Source of the DNA: Vampirovibrionaceae bacterium NZW_1234 | GTDB lineage: Bacteria > Cyanobacteriota > Vampirovibrionia > Vampirovibrionales > JAGQHJ01 | Assembly (NCBI GenBank): GCA_041697335.1 | Contig: JBGUGD010000004.1 | Location: 87,866-151,865 of the forward strand | Direction: 5' to 3' | DNA length: 64,000 bases | Part shown: one piece after another, positions 57,475 through 64,000 of the stretch | Numbering within the stretch: position 1 is the stretch's first letter | Layout: each line of letters opens with the position of its first letter | The notes under the pieces: generated by a model | What the model saw: the letters and a program-made list of their open reading frames with translations, nothing else | Databases searched by the model: none | What the model was told of the DNA's origin: nothing | Translations under genes and position numbers: made by a program

Positions 57475-58731
57475 ATGTTGTCATCGAACAATTCGCAGTA
57501 TCCCTACACGGGAACCTATCCCTCCTATCCTCAGGCAGGTGGTGTCAATTATCCCGGCATTAATGCCGGTCAAATGGTCTCTTCTCAAACCTACCCGACT
57601 ACCGGGCATGGGTATGGTACCTACTCTGCCTATTCTCAACCTGCCTATACCCAGCCGAATACAGGCTATTCGAATCCAAGTTATGCGAACTATGCCAATA
57701 CGGTTTCCAGCATGTCATCACCGTATTTGTCGGCCCCTCAAGCAACCTATGCTCCTCAGACATATACCCCCCAGGCATATACCCCATGGAACAGTTATGG
57801 GCAGCCTCCCACTGATCAATTCACACTGGCCGGCAACCACAATCCTTATGCCTATCCCGGATATTCCTTGCCTTCGAACCCTATGGATACGCAGAGCACC
57901 ATTGTTCCAGGCCCCGAAATGCCTGGGCTCGATACTGTAGAAGCTGAGCAGTCAGTCGAGCAACCCAAACTGGTTGAAAGCAATATCCAAAAGCAAATTA
58001 ACAAGAGTCGGCTTTCCAGCATGACCCCCCAGCAGAAGCTGGAAAAAACACAGCAGCAGGTGAAAGACCTGATGAAGACGCTGAAAACCGATACGAATCA
58101 AATTCTGCAGCACTTCAGTGGGATGGGAGTCCACGTCTACGATTCCGGCAATGACCCGTGGGTCAATCAGATTTTAGAGCAGACGGGTGAATCTCAGGCC
58201 TTGTTGTTTGTGCCCGACTCGCTGTATTTCCCGGATAGGGAAGGTCAATCCTTTGCCCTGGATCCTCAGGAGTGGAAAACGGCCAAGACCAAAGCAGACA
58301 ATGAAAAGGCTATGGTGCTCTTGGTTCGCAAAGACATGGTGCAGCCATCCACGTTGTATCAAAAACTCTTTATGGTCCATGCCCTGTTGAATGGATTGCC
58401 ACCCTGTGGAGACAACTATGAAGCAGTCCAACAGGCGTCCCAATTTGTCTTAGCCAACAAGCCGACCAAGAATTGGTTGATGCGGCTAAAGCAAAATCTC
58501 ATTGATTTACCTTGGTTGGCCTTTAAGCGTGGCTTTGGGGGGGCTAAGCCCAATCCGGAGGGGCCGGGTGAGTCGGTCCGCATCATGGCCCAGCGTGAAA
58601 TTGAGGCTACCCAGTTTGTCCTGGCCAATAAATGGTCCCTGGGCTTGTCTCGTGCTGAAACGACCTCATTGGAAGCCAAAATCAAAGATTACCAGCGTTT
58701 GCAAAAACTGAGTGCCAAATTAGACCGTTAA
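57475..58731 (+). CDS. Hypothetical protein with Tyr/Pro/Ser/Gln-rich N-terminal low-complexity domain
   Basis: ~418-aa ORF; first ~135 aa Y/P/S/T/Q/N-rich and nearly uncharged; globular C-terminal half. Confidence 0.8.
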   Translation: MLSSNNSQYPYTGTYPSYPQAGGVNYPGINAGQMVSSQTYPTTGHGYGTYSAYSQPAYTQPNTGYSNPSYANYANTVSSMSSPYLSAPQATYAPQTYTPQAYTPWNSYGQPPTDQFTLAGNHNPYAYPGYSLPSNPMDTQSTIVPGPEMPGLDTVEAEQSVEQPKLVESNIQKQINKSRLSSMTPQQKLEKTQQQVKDLMKTLKTDTNQILQHFSGMGVHVYDSGNDPWVNQILEQTGESQALLFVPDSLYFPDREGQSFALDPQEWKTAKTKADNEKAMVLLVRKDMVQPSTLYQKLFMVHALLNGLPPCGDNYEAVQQASQFVLANKPTKNWLMRLKQNLIDLPWLAFKRGFGGAKPNPEGPGESVRIMAQREIEATQFVLANKWSLGLSRAETTSLEAKIKDYQRLQKLSAKLDR

Positions 58732-59149
58732 AAACAGGGCCGTTGTCGGATATTTTGTTCTTGCGTTAAGGCAAGATATTCTTAGGGAAGTCTGCCTCTG
58801 GCCTATCTGGCCTGAATACGCATGACTGGGTAAAGCATGTCTGGGATTGAGATCATGCTATGCCTATATAAATGTAGGGGAGATTCGCGTGTGTTTTATC
58901 CAAATCATGAAAATGACCAGTAAGAGCGAAGGATTACCCAGGTGGTGCATGGCGATCCATGACGCAAGCGGGAATAGCCCAACAAGATGTTGGGCAAAAA
59001 TGGGGGCATGGAAGTTTTCAGCGAGTCGTAAGGAATGGGTCTAAAGCCAATGCAGCATTGCCAGATCTCCAGGGACTTAAAGTGTCTTTATTAGATTCAT
59101 AGCAGACTGACATGAAGGTCTTCTTCTGATCTGACGTTAAAATAAGAGC

Positions 59150-59177
59150 TTGCATTTTTTTGGACAACCTCTATAAT
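59150..59177 (+). promoter_or_regulatory. Sigma70-type promoter of the HU gene
   Basis: TTGCAT (59150-59155), 16-nt spacer, TATAAT (59172-59177). Confidence 0.6.
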
Positions 59178-59211
59178 AACTTTTGAGGATATTTGGAAGG
59201 AGGTGTTAACT

Positions 59212-59490
59212 GTGAATAAAGAAGAATTAGTACAAGAAGTAGCCAAGAAGACCAAAGCTTCTCAAAAACAAGTTGCTGAAATCTTGACCAGCGCTATCGA
59301 GATTATCGAGAAAACCGTTGCGAAAGGTAAAAAAGTAACCTTGGTTGGTTTTGGTACCTTCGAACCCCGCAAACGGGCTGCTCGTACCGGTCGCAACCCG
59401 CAAACCGGTAAAGAGTTGAAAATTCCTGCAAAAACCGTTCCTGCGTTTTCTGCTGGTAAGAAATTCAAAGAACTCGTGGCTAAAAAGTAA
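59212..59490 (+). CDS. hup: DNA-binding protein HU
   Basis: NKEELV, V.LVGFGTF..R.R.AR.GRNPQTG, PAFSAGK..KE.V; GGAGG RBS before a GTG start. Confidence 0.97.
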   Translation: MNKEELVQEVAKKTKASQKQVAEILTSAIEIIEKTVAKGKKVTLVGFGTFEPRKRAARTGRNPQTGKELKIPAKTVPAFSAGKKFKELVAKK

Positions 59491-59512
59491 TCCGAGTTCC
59501 ACCGAATTTATG

Positions 59513-59543
59513 AATCCCCATCCGGTTTCGGGTGGGGATTTTC
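59513..59543 (+). terminator. Terminator hairpin after hup; REP-like palindrome copy 2
   Basis: AATCCCCATCCG-GTTT-CGGGTGGGGATT followed by TTC; arms identical to 1758-1785. Confidence 0.75.
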
Positions 59544-59716
59544 TCATGTCTAGGTTAGATAAAAGGGCAAAAGGTTACGCTGCTAAATTGAGAGAGAGGG
59601 AATGGAGGATACGGCTACGTCGCTGTAGGCATGTCGCTTGGCCAGCCCCTGCATTTTTGCATGACAGGACACGAGGGGTAATACTCTCAACGAAGCTTTT
59701 TATAGAGAAGAGAACA

Positions 59717-60358
59717 TTAGGAAAGCAGTTTTGCGAAAAATTCAATATTGCGAATGGGTTTGGCACTTTCTTCTTTGAGAAACAGAATGCTTTCGGTATC
59801 CTGGCGCGTGATATAGCCGAGGTTGATCAAAATATTGGCGATGCCGGTATGTTCCTGAAGGGCTTCTTTGATATATTGTTGGGTTCGTAGGGCCTGCTCC
59901 AGTTGATCGGCGGTAATACGGTCCATTTTCATCAGGTATTCACCGAGGCGGATCCGGTTTGCCATATATTCCAGAGTACCCATGGCCTTAATGGAGGATG
60001 GTGGTTCAACCCATTTTTGATGAATGGCTTCAATCATGTGTGTGGCGCAGGTCTCCAGACTCCATTGTTGGCGAAGGCAAATATCCAGGACCGTGAATTT
60101 TTGCTTCACTTCCAGCATAAATTTAGCCAAGTCGCCCGTGATCTTGGGGATGGCTTTTTCGCCCTCGAGGGTGAGGCGAGGCACGAAGAACGCAACGGTG
60201 TCTTCCTGGGTCAGTGAGTTTAAGGATTCTGGGACGTAGTGTTCTGTCAGTTCGTCGCGAAGTTTTAAGTACAAGACTTGCTTGACCCATAACGGGAGGC
60301 TATGAATGTTATCCAGGAGTTGCTTTGCCAGATGGGAATCTTGGGGTGCAGCAGGCAT
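59717..60358 (-). CDS. Hypothetical protein with C-terminal MshEN-type (c-di-GMP-binding-like) motif
   Basis: RLGEYLMKMDRITADQLEQALRTQ plus a second degenerate half GIANILINLGYITRQDTESIL. Confidence 0.7.
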   Translation of the reverse strand: MPAAPQDSHLAKQLLDNIHSLPLWVKQVLYLKLRDELTEHYVPESLNSLTQEDTVAFFVPRLTLEGEKAIPKITGDLAKFMLEVKQKFTVLDICLRQQWSLETCATHMIEAIHQKWVEPPSSIKAMGTLEYMANRIRLGEYLMKMDRITADQLEQALRTQQYIKEALQEHTGIANILINLGYITRQDTESILFLKEESAKPIRNIEFFAKLLS

Positions 60359-60537
60359 GTAAATTCCTTTGAGATCAACCCTAACCGGTAAACGGAGCTT
60401 GGAATATTATCGCAAATCTTGCGAATTTTGACTATGACCAGTGTATAATAGGAATCACATAAAGTGGGGTTTTTCGGAACTTTGTTCGGACGCCCTCGTC
60501 TATATCCCTTAAGTGGTTGTATTAGGAGAGTTCTTCC

Positions 60538-61443
60538 ATGGCCTCAACATCAATGTCCCGCATTCTTTTGGCAAGCATCGTGACTTTGGGCATGGTGTTT
60601 CCCAGCGCTGCTGTTTTTGCACAGGCCCCCTACTGGGATAATTCTGGCTCCAGTTCGGGTTCCTCCTATTACACACCACCGGCATCGCAACAGCAATCCA
60701 ACTGGGGAAACCAGAATCAGAACAATTGGGGCCAGCCTAATAACAATTCCAATTGGAATAACTCCAACTGGAACAATTCGAATTCGAACTGGAATAATCC
60801 AAATGGGGGTAATTCCAATTGGAATAATTCGGGTTGGGGTGGAGGCTATGGCCAACAATCCAATACATTGCAAGGCTATGTTGCCACTGCCCCGGTCGGA
60901 ACCTCGTTGTCCGTTACCAACACCACCTATATTTCCAGTGATAACTCCCGCATTGGGGATCCTGTATCCGTGACCTTGGGCTACGATCTCTCCATGGGAG
61001 GGAACCTGATGCTCCCGGCAGGAACTCAGATTCAAGGCGAAGTGGTTTCCAGTGTTCCTGCGGGGCGGACCGCCAGAAATGGGGAACTTCAGTTGCGTTT
61101 TAATCGTGCCGTCTTGCCCGATGGCCGAACCTATCCTTTATCCGCTCGGCTTGTAACCCCCGATGGGACTGGAATTATTCGCGGTGGCACAAAGCACTCC
61201 CGGGCTGGAACGGCAGCTAAAAACACACTGGGAGGTGCAGCACTGGGGGCTGCCAGTGGTGCAGCACTGGGGGCCTTGGTTAGTGGTGGCCGCAAATGGA
61301 ACGAAGGTTTGATGTGGGGCAGCATTTTAGGCGCTGGTGCTGGGCTTGGCAGAACCGCTGTTCAACAAGGGGTTGAAGCCGAGTTGCAACCGGGAACTCC
61401 ATTGCAAGTGATGTTAGATCAACCCCTCACGATCAGCAATTAG
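60538..61443 (+). CDS. Exported protein with Asn/Trp/Gly repeats, TrbI/VirB10-like beta domain and glycine zipper
   Basis: Signal peptide (…AVFA); NSNWNN repeats; ISS..SRIGD.V, LPAGTQI.G.V, G.LQLRF; GAALGAASGAALG. Confidence 0.75.
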   Translation: MASTSMSRILLASIVTLGMVFPSAAVFAQAPYWDNSGSSSGSSYYTPPASQQQSNWGNQNQNNWGQPNNNSNWNNSNWNNSNSNWNNPNGGNSNWNNSGWGGGYGQQSNTLQGYVATAPVGTSLSVTNTTYISSDNSRIGDPVSVTLGYDLSMGGNLMLPAGTQIQGEVVSSVPAGRTARNGELQLRFNRAVLPDGRTYPLSARLVTPDGTGIIRGGTKHSRAGTAAKNTLGGAALGAASGAALGALVSGGRKWNEGLMWGSILGAGAGLGRTAVQQGVEAELQPGTPLQVMLDQPLTISN

Positions 61444-61508
61444 CGTTTCAATTCCAAGTTCAGGCATGAACTTGGCTGCACCCCTCTGGCACAGTACCAA
61501 TATAGGAA

Positions 61509-62585
61509 ATGCCAATGTCCACGTTTCGTCCAAGACAACCAACGCAAGTTCGTGAGCCGGGCAGAACGCGGACAACCAATCCTTTTAAATTTACAGGCAG
61601 CTACGTGCCCATCCAGGGCGTTCCGCACCAAAAACAGTTAAGGCGTCCCCAGCCGGTCCGCAGCCTTGATATGCGAGTCGCTGTGGTACTTTCTGTTGGG
61701 ATTCATCTGGTAGCCCCCATCGCCTTTTTGGTTGTGGCTCTGGTGGTGGTCAATGTTTTGGGTATCCCGTTGGCCATGCTGACCCCCAAACCCCAGCCCA
61801 AACCCCAGGACCTGGAATTTGTTCTGGTACCGCCCGAGGTGCCTGAGCAGCCGCCCTTGAATCCGAAAACCCATTATCGTGCTGCCCATAATACCCAGGC
61901 TGGTGGACCCCATTCGGAATCTCGCCCGGTTAACCTGATGGAGCCCAAAGCGGCGCAAACCCCGTCTCGCCCCAAGCCTCTGGGGAGTACCCCAAAACCG
62001 GTTCAGCAGCGTGTTTCAGAACCGCAAAAAATGGTTTTCAGGTCACCGCCAACGCCGGTACAGCACCAGGTTGTGGAGCGCCCCAGTCCTGTTGTGCGTC
62101 CCATAACTCCGGAACCCAGCCCCAAAAAAGCAGCTGTTGATATTAGCAATCTGGTGGCCGATTATGCCACATCCAACCCTTCCGAGTCACGGGTGGCGCA
62201 TCAGGCTTTAGAGGCCATTGATTTAAATGGTGAGGCCGGGAACAAAAATACGCCAGCGGGCGTCGATGCTGTAAAAGAACCCGACTTTGGACCGTACATG
62301 CAAGACCTGCAAAAACGCATTAAACAAGTTTGGCACCCACCGCGGGGGAACGAAAGCAAACGCGTGGTCGTCATCTTTCGTGTAGATCGCCTAGGTAGGC
62401 TAATTCGAGTTGAGGTCACCAAAAGTTCAGGCGCTCCTTTGGCCGATCGTGCGGCTGTGGCAGCCATTGAACAGATTTTCCCCTTTCGTCCTCTTCCGGC
62501 AGAATTCGCCGATGAGAATATCGACATTGAGTTTACCTTTGACTATAACGTATTTAATGATAAGCGCAGAAGCCGTCGGTCATAG
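61509..62585 (+). CDS. tonB: TonB/TolA-family energy transducer
   Basis: S..IH TM anchor, Pro-rich linker, C-terminal YM..LQKRIK..W.PP...VV.F.V...G.L......SSG....D.AA..AI. Confidence 0.88.
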   Translation: MPMSTFRPRQPTQVREPGRTRTTNPFKFTGSYVPIQGVPHQKQLRRPQPVRSLDMRVAVVLSVGIHLVAPIAFLVVALVVVNVLGIPLAMLTPKPQPKPQDLEFVLVPPEVPEQPPLNPKTHYRAAHNTQAGGPHSESRPVNLMEPKAAQTPSRPKPLGSTPKPVQQRVSEPQKMVFRSPPTPVQHQVVERPSPVVRPITPEPSPKKAAVDISNLVADYATSNPSESRVAHQALEAIDLNGEAGNKNTPAGVDAVKEPDFGPYMQDLQKRIKQVWHPPRGNESKRVVVIFRVDRLGRLIRVEVTKSSGAPLADRAAVAAIEQIFPFRPLPAEFADENIDIEFTFDYNVFNDKRRSRRS

Positions 62586-62631
62586 ATGGGCAAGCTCTGG
62601 GTTAGGTTAACGATAACAGGAGAATCAGCGA

Positions 62632-63288
62632 ATGGATCTATTATGGGTAACAATTAAACAGGACTGGGCCGTATTGCTGCCGATCGTGTTCTGCTCCATC
62701 TGGACAGTGGCGGTGAGTTTGAACCGGTGGTATTTCTACAACCGCAACAAGCGTGACGTGGTTCAATTTATTCACCGCCTGCAACGGGAGTTACAACGGG
62801 GCAGCTTGGAAAATGCCCAATTATTGAGCACCCAGCTGGGCGGCATTATTGGTGAAGTCTCTGAAGAAGGCCTGCGTCTGTTGGCTGAGAAAAAAGGCGA
62901 TTTCGCCCGCTCCTTTGATATTACTGCAAACCTGGCTTCCCGGAAGCTGGAAAAGGGCCTTTCAGTTCTGGGTACCGTTGGTGGGGTTGCTCCCTTCCTG
63001 GGTCTGTTTGGAACAGTTGTTCGGATTCTGATTACCTTTGGCGACTTGGCCAAAAAAGGCGGTCAAAGCACCGAAGTCGCTTACGGGATTGGTTCTGCAT
63101 TGATTGCAACGGCCTTCGGTCTCGGGATCGCAATTCTGGCTGTTGTGCTCTACAACTATTTCAACACCATCGTTCGTCGCTATGAGGATGACTTCCAGCT
63201 CCTGAAGCTGTTGTTCCTCAGCTTTGCCGATGACACCAAGGCCGAATCCAACACTTTCTTGACCCGTACGGCTGAACACGGAGTGTAG
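62632..63288 (+). CDS. exbB: MotA/TolQ/ExbB proton channel
   Basis: LGTVGGVAPFLGLFGTV, GI..ALIATAFGL.IAI. Confidence 0.93.
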   Translation: MDLLWVTIKQDWAVLLPIVFCSIWTVAVSLNRWYFYNRNKRDVVQFIHRLQRELQRGSLENAQLLSTQLGGIIGEVSEEGLRLLAEKKGDFARSFDITANLASRKLEKGLSVLGTVGGVAPFLGLFGTVVRILITFGDLAKKGGQSTEVAYGIGSALIATAFGLGIAILAVVLYNYFNTIVRRYEDDFQLLKLLFLSFADDTKAESNTFLTRTAEHGV

Positions 63289-63290
63289 TT

Positions 63291-63773
63291 ATGGCGATTT
63301 CCACAGGAGGCAAAGGGGCCAAGGGCCTTTTTACCGAAATCAACATTACGCCGCTTACTGACATCTTCCTGGTGCTGCTGATTATTATGATGGTGATTGC
63401 CCCGATGTTTCAGCAGGCCAACCAGGAGATTAAGGTGCCGAAGCTCCAATCCGGGCAATCCATGGAGGAGAGTCAGGTCACCGTGGAAATTACCAAGGAT
63501 GGTAAGATGTTCGTCAACGGCAAAGGTGTTCAGGAAGCCTCTTTGATAGGCCAACTGACCGAACTGAAGCAGTCTAGCGGCCAGAAGCAGGTTGTGGTTC
63601 GTGCCGACAAATTGACCCAGAGCAAAGATGTTATGAAAGTCTTTGAGGCTGCCGGTCAGGCCGGGTTTGAGAAGTTGACCATTGCCGGTGAACCCTTATC
63701 CGGGGAGCGTCAGTCCGAGTTGCAGCAATCGTCCTCCAATGTTGCCCCTAGCCAAGTGGAGACCCCCCAATAA
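63291..63773 (+). CDS. exbD: ExbD/TolR biopolymer transporter
   Basis: EINITPLTDIFLVLLIIMMV, VVVRADK. Confidence 0.93.
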   Translation: MAISTGGKGAKGLFTEINITPLTDIFLVLLIIMMVIAPMFQQANQEIKVPKLQSGQSMEESQVTVEITKDGKMFVNGKGVQEASLIGQLTELKQSSGQKQVVVRADKLTQSKDVMKVFEAAGQAGFEKLTIAGEPLSGERQSELQQSSSNVAPSQVETPQ

Positions 63774-64000
63774 TGAGCCGAGAACGCCGAGAAATTTTTA
63801 GTGAAATTAACATCACACCGCTGACAGACATTTTCCTGGTGCTCTTGATCATTATGATGGTCATTGCGCCTATGCTGGATAGCAAGGGGCTGAAGCTTGC
63901 GGTTCCCACGGTTGGTGCCTCTCAGTCGGTGACTCAGGATCCCAAGATTCTGACGGTGCATATTAGTGCTGCAGGTCAGTACACGTTGGAAGGTCAGCCC
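63773..64000 (+). CDS. exbD: Second ExbD/TolR paralogue (runs off the window end; not in the ORF track)
   Basis: ATG at 63773 overlaps the previous TAA; reads MSRERREIFSEINITPLTDIFLVLLIIMMVIAPML... Confidence 0.9.
   Translation, partial: MSRERREIFSEINITPLTDIFLVLLIIMMVIAPMLDSKGLKLAVPTVGASQSVTQDPKILTVHISAAGQYTLEGQP

Noticed and set aside
58740..59140. Possible c-di-GMP riboswitch or ncRNA upstream of hup (GACGCAAGC, hairpin GCCCAACA/TGTTGGGC)
   Set aside because: Lacks the GGCAAA/GNRA P2 architecture; only isolated short hairpins.
60690..60850. Short tandem DNA repeats (AATTCCAATTGGAATAA-like) as a CRISPR or non-coding repeat
   Set aside because: In-frame coding repeats for NSNWN units within the 60538-61443 CDS.

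Overview
A 64-kb, mostly housekeeping chromosomal segment from a Gram-negative, probably flagellated bacterium. It is most plausibly a non-photosynthetic cyanobacterial relative (Vampirovibrionia/'Melainabacteria'). That is inferred from cyanobacterial-type NDH-1 subunits, fliO/cheA-like genes and the lack of photosynthesis genes in this window. Recognisable genes include yqeK, rsfS, bfr, a GT9 heptosyltransferase, ileS, rarA, maf, a BtuF-like binding protein, secG, a complete 11-gene complex I operon lacking nuoEFG, trmFO, pheA, thrB, M16 and M17 peptidases, a GHL10-like hydrolase, hemW, rfbA, a GT2, radA, fliO, HU and tonB-exbB-exbD-exbD. I saw no tRNA, rRNA, CRISPR array or mobile element. 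The most striking signal is at 4.2-4.4 kb: three 7-1-7 Fur-type boxes blanket a TTGACA-17-TAAGCT promoter. This promoter reads into a stem-closed, CU-rich leader (a candidate iron-sparing sRNA) and then an uncharacterised membrane protein, a Cys-cluster protein and bacterioferritin. Other leads are a ~140-nt rod-like candidate ncRNA at 19.3 kb, a 1623-aa degenerate-HerA/acidic-linker/UvrD-Tudor protein, a putative Cys-His-Asp protease, several prion-like aromatic low-complexity domains, a paralogous pair with an unknown domain and a REP-like palindrome. All family assignments are by eye, without database searches.
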